Below, piece after piece: positions 1 to 11,465 of a stretch of 64,000 bases of DNA. Within the stretch, counting starts at the first letter, position 1. Each line of letters begins with the position of its first letter. Both the position numbers and the translations under genes were made by a program. This DNA comes from Anolis carolinensis (taxonomy: Eukaryota), in assembly GCF_035594765.1 (NCBI RefSeq), contig NC_085842.1, forward strand, positions 19,754,782 through 19,818,781. The letters run 5' to 3'. The notes below the pieces were generated by a model. The model searched no databases, was not told where the DNA came from, and was given only the letters and a program-made list of their open reading frames with translations.

Positions 1-283
1 GTGCTGATTCAGAAAATTGCATTGAATAGACCACATCAGTTCTAGATGATTAAATATGGTTGTCTGTGGGCAAGCAGATGGCAACTACTGGGTGGCACAT
101 GTTCCGTAACAGAAACTAGAGCTGATGTGATCTATCTAATGCAGTTTTCTGAATCAGCACCCCAAATAACCAAACTGAATCTAAAGTTGATCAGAAACTG
201 ATTCGTAACCCTTGTGGTACTAATGTTGGAGAGTGGTCCCCAGTCAAAGTAGTTCCTAGTCAAAAAAAGGTTGGGAACCGCTG
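1..283. mobile_element. hAT-type non-autonomous DNA transposon, right end
   Basis: Ends AAGGTTGGGAACCGCTG (hAT-like TIR). Internal inverted repeat 1-45 / 117-160. Confidence 0.55.
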
Positions 284-324
284 CTCTACGGGATATGGAT
301 ATTGCAGAAGTCCTTGACTATATA

Positions 325-545
325 TTGTTGAAGGCTTTCACAGCTGGAATCTCTGGGGTGCTGTGTGGTTTCTGAGCTGTATGGCCGTATTCTAGCAACA
401 TTTTTTCCTGACGTTTCACTTGCATCTGTGGCTGGCATCTTCAGAGGATCCTCTGAAGATGCCAGCCACAGAGGTAGGCAAAAAGTCAGGAGAAAATGCT
501 GCTAGAATACAGCCATACAGCCAGGAAACCACACAGCACCTCAGT
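325..545. mobile_element. Palindromic Penelope-derived element with hammerhead-like cores
   Basis: Inverted arms centred on TCAGAGGATCCTCTGA. Minus arm has CTGAAGA...GAAACGTC. Confidence 0.7.
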
Positions 546-615
546 CCTTAACTATATTTCGCACAGACATAGGTCTGCTGACAAAGACTTAAGTCTCACC
601 CATGCTTTTACTCAC

Positions 616-754
616 CACACAAGATGAAGTTTCCAGAGTCAGCCTCCTGCTTGACCACGACACTCAGGGGTCTCTTTTCCCCTTCGGATGTTGCAGGCTC
701 TGCTTCAACCAGAGAGATGCTTGTGGGTGCCAAGGGTGGCACTGCTGTCACCAC
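616..754 (-). CDS. Gene A middle exon (139 nt, phase 0 to 1; degenerate KRAB-A-like); ZF exon lies left of the window
   Basis: Acceptor TATTTCAG|GTG, donor G|GTGAGT, open frame VVTAVPPLAPTSISLVEAEPATSEGEKRPLSVVVKQEADSGNFILC. Phases match the ESCAN exon and the paralogs. Confidence 0.8.
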
Positions 755-1093
755 CTGAAATAGCAGGGAGGATTACAACATGAACTGGGTCCAAGGAACA
801 GGGAGAACTGGCAACATCAAAGGAAGAAGCAAGGCCTGGCTTTGCCTCTTATCCCCTGGCAATGAGTCATGTCCCCCACCATACAAGAAAGTGGCAGATT
901 TGGTTAGTCAGAGGGTACAACTCTAAAGACCGGGGTTCAAATCCACACTGGATAACCTTGGGCAAGTCACTTTCTCTCAGCCCCAGACGGAAGCAATGGC
1001 AAATCTCTTCTGAATTAATCTTGCTGAGAAAACCCCATGATAGCGCCACCCTAGGGTCACCAAGAGTCAGAAACAAATAGAAGGCACATAATA

Positions 1094-1512
1094 CCCTGTT
1101 TCCCCTAAAATAAGACATCCCCAGAAAATAAGACCTAGTAGAGGTTTTGCTGAATTGCTAAATATAAGGCCTCCCCCTAAAGTAACACCTAGCAAAGTTT
1201 TTGTTTGGAAGCATGCCCAACGAACAGAACACCAAAGCATGCAGGATCGGTAAATGTACGTACCATAGAGTGTTGCACATGGAAATAATGGTAGTAACAA
1301 GAAATTCTTGATAGGATTCACAGTTTGTCTGGTTATGCTAGCTTGTGATGACAACCACTGTACAGTATATAATAAATGTTCATTTTTTTGTTCAACAATA
1401 AATGTGAATTCTTCTTCATGGAAAACTAAGACATCCCCTGAAAATAAGACCTAACTCATCTTTGGGAGCAAAAATTAATATAAGACACTGTCTTATTTTC
1501 AGGGAAACACGG
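1094..1512. mobile_element. Tc1/mariner (pogo/Tigger-like) MITE
   Basis: TIRs CCCTGTTTCCCCTAAAATAAGAC and GTCTTATTTTCAGGGAAACACGG, with flanking TA. Confidence 0.8.
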
Positions 1513-1527
1513 TAGGTACATCTGGAT

Positions 1528-1885
1528 CTGTTTAGCCTACAGAAGAGAAAATTAGGAGACATGATAGCCATGTATAAATATGTGAAAAGATGTCATAAAG
1601 AAGAGGGAGCAGGTTGCTTTCTGCTGCCCCGAAAACTAGGACTAGGAGCAATGGGTTCAAATTACAGGAAAGGAGATTCCACCTGAACATTAGGAAGAAC
1701 TTCCTAACTGTGAGAAGAGCTGTTCAGCAGTGGAACTCTCTGCCTCAGAGTGTGGAGGAAGCTTTAAAACAGAAGCTGGATGGCCACCTGTCAGGGGTAC
1801 TTTGATTGTGCTTCTGCATGGCAAGGGGTTGAATTAGATGGTCCACGTGGTCTCTTCCAACTTTATGATTGTATGATTCCATGAA
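1528..1885 (+). mobile_element. CR1 LINE 3' fragment
   Basis: ORF2 C-terminus TRSNGFKLQERRFHLNIRKNFLTVR and a CR1 3' UTR. Confidence 0.85.
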
Positions 1886-1964
1886 CAACAACAACAACAA
1901 CAACAACAACAAGGCCACTATGGAGGAAGAAATGCAATATCACTTTTTGGGGATTGAAAAAATC

Positions 1965-2447
1965 CTCACAGATGATCACCCAGCCTCTGCTGAAAAACCT
2001 CCAGAGAAGGAAACTCCACCACACTCCCAGGCAGCAGTATATTCCACTGCCTAACAACTTCTACTCTCAGAAAGTTCACTAGAAACCTTTTTTCCCCCTG
2101 AAATCTGAATCCATTGCTTCATTGTGTCCTAGTCTCCAGAGCCCCTTCCTCAATGTGACATCCTTCCAAATATTTAAGTAGGGACTTCAAGTTTCCTCTC
2201 AACCTTCTCTTCTCCAAACTAAACATCCCAAGCTCCCCTCGGCTGTTCTTCATAGGTTTCCAAACCTCTGACCATTCCAGTTGCCCTCCTCTGGACACCT
2301 TCCAGTTTATCAACATCCTTCTTGAATTGCTTTGCCCAGAACTGGACACAGTGTGATTCCAGGTGATGTACGGCCAAAGCAAAACAGAATGAGATTATGA
2401 CTTACTTCAATGTAAACACTATATTCCTATTGATGCAGCCTAGAATT
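1965..2447 (-). mobile_element. CR1 LINE fragment, interrupted by an LTR
   Basis: Encodes [14 protein letters not shown]; the CR1 sequence resumes after 3001. Confidence 0.8.
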
Positions 2448-3001
2448 TTGTTGGAATTCAACTCCACACTGCCCATGCCTCCAGTCCTCAATGAGGAGTA
2501 GTTAGTTTAGAATAGGCTGAGGGAAATCCCTTCCCTCCATCTTCTGAATGACAGCTGGAATGTATCTCTTTCTTTTCTTCTCTCCATTTCTGCTCTCATT
2601 ATGTAGGATGGCTACTTTGCAGGTGCATGTCTTTTGTGTTTGACTTCTACTTTTAGTGTGTGCTGTCTGTATTGAGATCTCTCTCTCTGCTTGTGTGTCA
2701 GGAAAGATGTAGCAAGTGGAGATTTTCCCCTCTCTTTTGAACCCTAGAAGAGATGGGGTTAGTTAGGGTAGCTAGGACACGGTTATTTACTATTAAGACA
2801 TGCAGTTATTCTTTTTCTCGTAAATAAACCTTTTGTGATTTTAGAGACAGAACTTTGCATGTTTGCCTCCTAAGCTCTAAATTCTTTACAGCCACATGGC
2901 ACTTCACACTCTGCTTGCTGTGAGCTGAATGCTCAACCATAAGTGTCCTGTCTTTGCATATTTTGGGATGCTCTGCTGTTTTTGGGTAGTTTTCCCTAAC
3001 A
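2448..3001 (+). mobile_element. Solo LTR inserted in CR1
   Basis: (T)TGTTGG...CCCTAACA ends, GAATT flanks at 2443-2447 and 3002-3006, AATAAA near 2823. A related 3' part occurs at about 49330-49483. Confidence 0.65.
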
Positions 3002-3052
3002 GAATTGTGTTGGATTTTTAAGCTGCTCCTGTTCAACAATAAAGTAGATATA

Positions 3053-3880
3053 CCGTATATACTCGAAGATAAGCCAAGTTTTTCAGCCCTTTTATGAGCT
3101 GAAAAAGCCTCTCTCGGCTTAACCCCAACCGGGGAGCCTGGAGGCCATTGCTTGCAATATGCGATATATTTCTCTCCTCCCTTATCAGTGTGTTTTATTT
3201 TCCAGTTCCTCCATTGCTCTTAACCAAGGGAATGTTTTGAAAAGGGAAAGGAGGGGGAGAGAGGCCTTGCAAGTCAGGAAGAAAAATATATATCCATTAA
3301 TCTTATAAAAGCATTTTCCCCTGAAATATTTGTTGAACTCTTCTACAGATATATAGGCATTGACCCCCCTGCATGCATTTGCAATTCTTATGTACTTAGA
3401 AATCTGTATCTATCCATATACATTAATTTTATATATGAATTTTCCCTTCACATGTTTGCAGGTCTTTGCAAATCCTATATACATGTAGATCCATGCACCT
3501 GTANNNNNNNNNNNNNNNNNNNNNNNNNNNNNNNNNNNNNNNNNNNNNNNNNNNNNNNNNNNNNNNNNNNNNNNNNNNNNNNNNNNNNNNNNNNNNNNNN
3601 NNNNNNNNNNNNNNNNNNNNNNNNNNNNNNNNNNNNNNNNNNNNNNNNNNNNNNNNNNNNNNNNNNNNNNNNNNNNNNNNNNNNNNNNNNNNNNNNNNNN
3701 NNNNNNNNNTTTGATTAATGTAATTTTTATTGGTATCTATTTTTATTTTGAAATTTACCAGTAGCTGCTTAATTTCTCACCCTTGGCTTATACTTGGGTC
3801 AATAAGTTATTCCAGATTTTAGTGATAAAATTAGATGCCTTGGCTTATATTGAGGTCAGCTTATACTCGAGTATATACGG
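3053..3880. mobile_element. pogo/Tigger-like MITE spanning the gap
   Basis: TIRs CCGTATATACTCGA and TCGAGTATATACGG, with TA flanks. Confidence 0.75.
3504..3709. other. Assembly gap (206 N)
   Basis: Run of n. Confidence 1.
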
Positions 3881-4135
3881 TAACTGATTTTAATGTTTAA
3901 TGTTTTTAATATTGTAATGTTTGTGTATATTTATAATTATTTTATATCCCAATATGGAATGCTTGCTGTATATATGTTGTGCTCCGCTCTGAGTCCCCTT
4001 CGGGGTGTGAAGGGTGGAATATATATATAAATAACAATGAGATTCGGCACCAAAACCAGCAAATATGGAGGGAGAGCTGTTTACGTCACTCCTGCTGGAC
4101 GGTAGTGCAAAATAGATGGGTGAAGACCCCCTCAC

Positions 4136-4816
4136 CTGCTGCTCCCATCGCAAAGACTCTCTCTGCATCCAAAGAAAGTCCTCAGCCAGGGCCACCGCCT
4201 GGGCGCAGGTCTCGGGGCCTCGTTCCCGGACCCAGTTCTGGATCTCTGGGGGAAGGACCATCAAGAACTGCTCCAGGACCAGCAGCTCCAGGATCTGCTC
4301 CTTGGAGTGCCTCTCCACCTTCAGCCACCGCCGGCAAAGCTCCTGGAGTCGGCCGTAAACCCCCCTTGGCCCCTCGGCCTCCTGGTAGCGGAAATGCCGG
4401 AAGTGCTGACGCTGCTTCTCTCGCCTGGTGGCATCTCCTCGCAAGATGGAGGCCTTCACCTTCTCATAATCCTTCCGCTCTTGACCTTCAAGGCAGCTGA
4501 AGGCCTGCTCAGCTTCCCCGCTGAGTGCCGGCAGGAGTCGGGTCACCCACTCCTCCCTGGGCCACCGGCAGGCTTCAGCCACCTGCTCAAAGGCGGCCAG
4601 AAAGGCCTTGGCGTCGTCCCACGGAGAAGGCTCTGTGGGTATCGATGGGACATCCATCGGGGACTCTACGGTCCTCAGGAACTCCTGCCACTGGAGCTCC
4701 CATTGATGACGCCGATGCTCGCTGGATTCCTGTTTAATCTCCTCCCCGGGCTTCCTCTGGAGAAATTCTCGGATATGTTTCTCCTGGAGAAGATGAGGGG
4801 CCAACTCCGTGGCCAT
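4136..4816 (-). CDS. Gene A exon: extended SCAN (ESCAN, Gag-capsid-derived) domain of a SCAN-ZF protein
   Basis: ORF 3890-4816 has [33 protein letters not shown]...DYEKVK followed by the SCAN core [17 protein letters not shown]...[49 protein letters not shown]. Phase-0 donor CAG|GTGAG after 4136. Polypyrimidine acceptor TTTCCTTTCAG upstream, so the exon starts at 4969. Confidence 0.92.
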
Positions 4817-5233
4817 GTTTCCACCTTCTTTGGAAAGGGATGCTTCTTCTCATGCAAGAAACAGCCTCAGCAGAAGGTATCCTGCAAACAGAGCACAGAC
4901 GGGGAGAACGGAATGGAAATTCCTCTTGATCTTGGCGACAGAAATATATCCTGTACAACGTCGGATATTCTGAAAGGAAATGGGAATAAAGATAATTCAG
5001 AAAAAAGGAAAGGGGAGCTACAAAAACCTACGTAGGCTATCCCTTGTGTATCCATTTATTTACTTATTTAAACACTGGTATCTATCAAGCATGGGCAAAC
5101 TTTGGTCCTCCAGGTGTTTTGGACTTCAACTCCCACAATCCCTAACTGCCTCAGACCCTTTCCTTTTCCTCCTCCCCAGTCTGGAGAGACGAAGTTTGCC
5201 AAGGCCTGCAGTAAATGCACCCTAGCTCTTTCT

Positions 5234-6037
5234 TGTTATGGATTGATGATGATAAATGGAAGCTCTTACGTGTGCCCGCGATCCAGAGTCACCCACAGAA
5301 CAATAACATGCCACTCAGGTTTGCAGAATAAAAAAACACAGGAACTTTACTGATTCTATGAGATCAAAACAGTAGTATTTACAGTGGTCCCTCTGATCAC
5401 TTACAGAAGTCCACAGTCATAAACAGTCCTTTCTCAGTCCACAGTCTCAGCAGCCAAACAAGCCTCAAAGTAGCAAGGCCTCTCTGAGTACACACTGCTC
5501 TCTAGCAGTACTCAGCCAGCACTGAAAAACTTGTCCAAACTGGTTCTGCAGCAGCAGAATGGAAACAGTATCAAAATCAATCCCCAGGTCTTTGCAGGCT
5601 CAGCCAATCAGCTTCATGCACTTCTTTTTCAGTTAATAATAATAATAATAATCATAAAATAACAACTTTATTTTTGTATCCCGCCACCATCTCCCGGCAG
5701 GGACTCGGGGCAGCTTATATAGGGCCAAGCCTAATAACACAATTAAAATAGAGTAGACAAAAACATAATGCACAATTCACAGTACAACATAGGTAAAAAC
5801 AGCAATACAATATAAAACAAATATTATAACAGTAGTTGATAATATCAACCAACCACAGGCATAATTTCTATCATCTTCATGGGAGGGGAGACTGAAAACA
5901 GCAATACAAAATAGGATAATGTTTAAAGTGCATAAAAGATAGGGACCTAATCAGGTGCAGGATCGATTATTAATAATATTATTTGGAGCTGGAGCTGGAT
6001 TAACACACACAGCGCAGTATCTTTGCAAACCATGACA
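5234..6037. mobile_element. Solo LTR with a nested L2 3' end (about 5635-6000)
   Basis: TGTTATGG...CCATGACA inverted ends. 5-bp TSD TTTCT at 5229-5233 and 6038-6042. Confidence 0.7.
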
Positions 6038-6104
6038 TTTCTCTCCCCTTCCTGTTCTCTGGAGCCAAGCCTTCTCCCCTCCGGAAAAGGGAATGGGAAT
6101 GCAA

Positions 6105-6900
6105 TTGAGTGCAAGAATACTGGAGAATGACTGAAGGAGAAATCAACAGAATGTTAAATCTACAAATAATAATAGTTAATAGAAATGTACTACATGCAAG
6201 GATAATAGGAGTGAAGAATATACAGAAAGGAAAATTGGTTGACAAATTAATAGCGTGTGCACAAATTGTTTTAGTGAGAGGTTGGAAAGATTAAAAACTG
6301 GACTCTGATGAATTGGTATAAGTATATACAGTACAGTCTCATTTATCCAACCTTTGTTTATCCAACGTTCTTTATTATCCAATGCACTTTGCCTTTTAGT
6401 AGTCAATGTTTTTGTAGTTGATTTTTCAAAACATTGTGTAGTTTTGGTACTAAATGTGTAAATACAGTAATTACTACATAACGGTATCGTGTATTGAACT
6501 GCTTTTTTCTGTCCATTTGCTGTAAAACATGATGTTTTGGTGCTTAATTTGTAAAATCATAACGTAATTTGACATTTAATAAGCTTTTACTTAATCCCTC
6601 CTTATTATCCAACATTTTTGCTTATCCAATGTTCTGCCGGCCCATTTATGTTGGATAAGTGAAACTCTACTGTACTTATTATGTTAAATATGGAAATAAT
6701 AAATTGCACATGGAACAATATATATAAAATTGAAAAGGTTACAATAATTAAGAGGATATGGGTACCAGTCAGGAATTATTTAGAGAATGTGCTAAGAGGT
6801 GGAGTGGAAAAATTAAGATTGAGATTGATATTTCAAATGTAACTTCTGTAGTTTGTGGTGTAAATTGTGTGTACAAGGAGGGAAGGGGGGAGTGGGATAA
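6105..6900 (+). mobile_element. Degenerate L1-clade 3' fragment with nested mariner MITE (6332-6672)
   Basis: A-rich frame YWR...LIACAQIVLVRGWK resembles an L1 ORF2 C-terminus. MITE with CAGTA(C/G)AGTCTCA TIRs. Confidence 0.5.
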
Positions 6901-7019
6901 AACAATAAAACAATAAAGAAAAGGCACTGCAAAGTAATTCTTTTGCAAAGAAAAGGCACTGCAAAGAGAAGTCAGCCATAGCGGAACACTTGATGAACCA
7001 ACCTGCACACAGCATATTA

Positions 7020-7565
7020 ATGGAGAACACAGCAATGCTGGACCACTCTCACAACCATCATGTCAGATGACACAGAGAAGCCATTGAAATCCACAAGCAT
7101 GTGGACAATTTCAACAGAAAGGAGGAAACCATGCACATGAACAAAATCTGGCTGCCAGTATTAAAAATTTCTACAATTAAGACAGTAAATAAAGAGCAAC
7201 TTTCAGAAAACAGAGGGATTCCAGACATGATTTAATCAGGGCCAGCTAACACCTCCCAACAAAGGATTCCCACAGGTAGTAAACAACCAGAACTTGAAAC
7301 TGAATGGCTATTCAATGCTAATCAAGGTGGTTAATGGCAACATTTACACTTGCCTTCAATAGACAAGATTTATTTCTTCCACCCTGGATTTTCCATAGAT
7401 ACATAAACCCCACTTGCTTAGTTTCCAAAAGACCTCACAACCTCTGAGGATGCCTGCCATAGATGTGGGCGAAACGTCAGGAGAGAATGCTTCTGGAACA
7501 TGGCCATACAGCCCGGAAAACTCACAGCAACCCAGTGATTCCGGCCATGAAAGCCTTTGACAACT
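7020..7565 (+). mobile_element. Penelope-like element: endonuclease C-terminus plus pLTR
   Basis: EAIEIHKHVDNFNRKEETM-like coding remnant followed by the pLTR repeated across the window. Confidence 0.8.
7441..7481 (+). ncRNA. Minimal type-I hammerhead ribozyme core (Penelope pLTR)
   Basis: CCT-CTGAGGA-TGCCTGCCATAGATGTGGGC-GAAAC-GTC/AGG: CUGANGA and GAAA boxes, stem II, palindromic ACGT stem III, and a GUC cleavage triplet. Confidence 0.75.
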
Positions 7566-7599
7566 CTCCTTCAAAGGCGTCCCTCCCTTCCTCTCCTTC

Positions 7600-7940
7600 T
7601 GACCCCTTTAAGAAATGCCACTCACCCCAAAAGTCTCTCCAGGCGACTCCCTGCCCAGGGGAGGAGGCACGAGACAGGAAAAGGCTTGCCCAGGGCTCAA
7701 AAAGGGACCCTCTAGGAAGCTGGATTTTCTCTCCCTCTCTTTCTTTCCTCTTTTGCAAGCTCCAATTAATATTTGTGCCAAAGGCAGGCTCTCCTTCCCA
7801 TGGTGCAGATACGTAAGGTCTTGTCTCCGGTCCGGGGTTTTGCTGCAAAAGAAACACAAAACTTGGATCTTTTGCTTCCTGTTTGTTTGGCACAAAAGTC
7901 CTGGAGTTGCAGGGGACTCTGGGAGTTGTAGTTCACAGGC
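7600..7940. promoter_or_regulatory. Candidate bidirectional promoter / first exons of genes A (-) and B (+)
   Basis: Unique, GC-richer island between divergent genes. Minus-strand donor GG|GTGAGT at 7626/7625 and plus-strand donor AC|GTAAGG at 7812/7813. ACTACAACTCCCAG motif on the minus strand at 7919-7932. Confidence 0.4.
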
Positions 7941-8255
7941 ACATTCAAAAGAATCTTTCGAGCTTGATACTTAATAACTGGAGAGAGAAGGATACAGTTG
8001 CAACAGTGAGACAAGCAACCTTTCTGCAACAAGGAACCCGGCATCTCAGGGTTAAATTGACAGAGCCAGTTCCTAGAGCAGACCCACAAAATGTTCAAAA
8101 GGGGGGAGGGGGCTGTGTGAAAGGTTGCATTTGAATACCTCTTCCTGTGCAGAGGAGCAGGGTTTGTCTCCAATTTCCTAGCAGCCTCAGGACCACAGAA
8201 GAAGGTCTGGCACTGAATGTAGGAAAGGTATGCTTTCAGCAAGCCATTGTAAGAC

Positions 8256-9120
8256 TGGGTTGCTGTGAGTTTTCCGGGCTGTATGGCCATGTTCCAGAAG
8301 CATTCCTCCTGACGTTTCGCCCACATCTATGGCAGGCATCCTCAAAGGTTATGAGGTCTGTTGGAAACTAGGCAAGTGGGGTTTATACATCTGTGGAATA
8401 ATGTGAGAGAAATGAATTGTCTTTTAGAGGCAAGTGTGAATGTTGCTATTGGCCACCTTGATTAGCATTGAATTGCCTTGCAACTTCAAAGCCTGGCTGG
8501 TTGCTGCCTGGGGAAATCCTTTGTTGGGAGGTGTTAGCTGGCCCTGATTGTTTCCTGTCTGGAATTCCCCTGTCGTCTGAGTGTTGTTCTTTATTTACTG
8601 TCCTTATTTTAGAGATTTTCAATACTAATCAAGATGATTTTTTTTTTCGTGTCAGGAGCGACTTGAGAAACTGCAAGTCGCTTCTGGTGTGAGAGAATTG
8701 GCCAGGGGACGCCCGGATATTTTGATGTTTTACCATCCTTGTGGGAGGCTTCTCTCATGTCCCCGCATGGAGCTGGAGCTGATAGAGGGAGCTCATCTGT
8801 GCTCTCCCCGGGTGGGATTCGAACCTGGCAGCCTTCAGGTCAGCAACGCAACCTTCAAATCACAAGGCTTTCACCCACTACGCCACTGGGGAGCTCCATA
8901 TCAAGATGATTAATTGCAATGCTCACACCTGCCTCCAACAGACAAGAGTTCTTTCTCCCACCCTGGACCTTCCACTTGCCTAGTTTCCAACAGACCTCAC
9001 AACCTATGAGGATGCCTGCCATAGATGTGGGTGAAGCATCAGGAGAGAATGCTTCTGGAGCATAGCCATACAGCCCGGAAAACTCCAAGCATTCCAGCCA
9101 TGAAAGCCATCAACAACACA
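8256..9120. mobile_element. Inverted Penelope pLTR pair with a nested tRNA-derived SINE (about 8640-8899, minus)
   Basis: Minus copy 8256-8620 and plus copy about 8900-9120. The SINE is flanked by the duplication ATCAAGATGATT. Confidence 0.7.
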
Positions 9121-10093
9121 AGATAGGTTCTGTAGGTTTGTTCTTAAGTTGAATTTGTATGTAAGTTAGAACAGGTACATGTTTTAAGTGTAACTCCAGC
9201 TATATGTGTGTGTGGCTTGAGTTACACTTAAAAATGAACCTTGATAGAACCTATCTATCAAGCTATCAAACCTACAGAACCTCTGTGTGTGTATGTGTAT
9301 GTGGAAGGGTTTCCTTTGCTGCCTGTGGCCCTGTTCAGAACATTTCACTTTACTTTCTGTCCTTGTGATCATTGGATTTTGAAAATCTACCTTATTATGG
9401 AAACAAGGATTGGTGATCAAGTTTCAGGGGGGACCCTTTTCCTCCCATGATAATAACTCTTCCAGGAGTGAATTTCCTTTCCTTCCCGGGGAGAGATTTC
9501 TCTCACTTGCTGTTGTCTCACCCTCATTCTTAACTAGCAGTCGTTTGTAAGTTTAAAACGCGGGAATTGCCTGAAATGTACATTTTATACCTATCTTACA
9601 CACCTAAGCCAAAGGCGATCGTTTGCACTATCATCGTAGTAATTTTGTGGATGAAACAACACTTATGTGTACTGAATTCTCAGAAAGCAAAGCTGGACAG
9701 TTTGGGAGATTTTCAGATTTTGGGATTTCAGATCAGGGATGCTCAACCTGTATAGACTTGGGGTTTTGGCTTCATGGGCTTTGTAGGACCCAAGTGAGAT
9801 CCTCATCAAAAAATAAAAGCATCTGTTTGGAAGTTGTTTTGTTGATATGTTGAAATATTTTCATATTGCATAAAATACCTACATTAAAATGCACATATTA
9901 TAACACATTAGTATGACATACATATATTAAAATGCATGGTGCAAAGATTAAAATCCAACAGTAACAGGATGTACATTTAAAATGCATGGTTTAATGTTGA
10001 CTGTGTATATAAATAATTACAGTAGGGTCCATGTATCCAATAAGGTTCACTATTATCTGTGGTTTCACATAACCATACAAAGTTTAAAATGAA

Positions 10094-10134
<41 letters not shown>

Positions 10135-10512
10135 TTCTTCTGAAATGCAACTTGATTTTCTGAGGCTTTGTTCCCTGATACCAAAGGCAAATATAATCAG
10201 GGGTGCTTTTCTAGCCATATATCAAAATAAAACAAAATAGAATCCACATCAACATGCTGGATTCAAATGCCCCTTCTACACTGCCATATAAAATCCAGAT
10301 TATCTGCTTTGAACTTGATTATACGGCAGTATAGACTCATATAATCTAGTTCAAAGCAGATAACGTAGATTATGTTCTTTGATAATCTTGATTATATGGC
10401 AGTGAAGAAGGGACCTAAGTGGAGTCATTTTAAACCAGCTGAACTAAAGCCGATATAACACTGCATACAAAATCTCGACCTGGGACTCCATAATTTTTTT
10501 TGATGCTTTTAG

Positions 10513-10624
10513 GTGTCCTTAAAGGAAGAAATGAATGCTGTCAAGGAAGAACAGAACCTTTTAGAAACAAGACAAGAACCACCTTTGATTAAGAAGAAGG
10601 CTGATGAAGATGACTTTAAACCAG
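10513..10624 (+). CDS. Gene B middle exon (112 nt, ends in phase 1); first in-frame ATG at 10531
   Basis: TTTTAG|GTGTCC acceptor, CCAG|GTAAAG donor, open frame VSLKEEMNAVKEEQNLLETRQEPPLIKKKADEDDFKP. Splices in frame to 12495. Confidence 0.75.
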
Positions 10625-10938
10625 GTAAAGAAGCCTCTGGCTTCAGTGTTTGGTTGCTGGGTCCCAAGATGGTAAGGAAATTTTAATTCAGAGTTTTACA
10701 GGATCCTTTTGTCAATGTGACCAATATGAAAATCAGGGGGGAACTGAAGATATTTCTGATCTTAAAATCATAGAATTACAAGGGATCACAAAGGCCATCT
10801 AGTCTAACCACTTCTGATGCAGGGATACACTACAGTATGACTCCATGTCTGCAAGGAGTATGTTCCAAGATACACACAAACACACGCATATTCTTGTGGA
10901 TATATGACATCATGAACAATAGAGAATACTCTGACTAT

Positions 10939-11259
10939 GGAGCCCCCAGTGGCGCAGGAGGTTAAACCGCTGAGCTGCTGAACTTGCTGACCAAAAGGTC
11001 AGTGGTTCGAATCCGGGGAGCGAAGTGAGCTCCAACTGTTAGCCCCAGCTTCTGCCAACCTAGTGGTTTGAAAACATGCAAATGTGAGTAGATCAATAGG
11101 TGGGAAGGTAACAGTGCTCCATGCAGTCATGCTGGCTACATGACCTTGGAGGTGTCTATGGACAACGCTGGCTCTTCGGCTTAGAAATGAAGATAAGCAC
11201 CAACCCACAGTCATGTTGCTGTTATTCCCCTTTCATGTCAGGGGAAAACCTTTACCTTT
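10939..11259 (+). mobile_element. Sauria SINE
   Basis: tRNA-like head (GTGGCGCAGGAGG A-box, GGTTCGAATCC B-box) and an ACCTTT-repeat tail. Confidence 0.85.
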
Positions 11260-11465
11260 TCCCCTTTGATAAACCTGTTAGTGACATAGGAAAAATGTGA
11301 GCATAGCCATTCATGAAAGGTATTACCACAGATATTATAATGTTAAGAACAGCATTTGTATAAAGATTATGTTGGCTGCACATACCCAAATAAGAGAGGA
11401 AGTGAAGAAATTTAAACTGAGGCCCAATAGCCAGAAATACTTTTGTTTGTAGAAATAAATAAATA

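Noticed and set aside
3452-3718. ORFs across the N run
   Set aside because: Artefact of the assembly gap.
4307-5035. Long antisense or alternate-frame ORFs over SCAN and ZF exons (also 40915-41463, 52610-53383, 12911-13726, 26743-27579, 47681-48175)
   Set aside because: Shadow ORFs produced by GC-rich codon usage of the real exons; no independent domain signal.
2448-6037. LTR-gag-LTR provirus around the gene A ESCAN exon
   Set aside because: The two LTRs are unrelated and each has its own flanking duplication. The Gag-like ORF is a spliced host exon.
10939-11020. tRNA genes
   Set aside because: The A and B boxes belong to SINE heads that continue into SINE bodies and tails.
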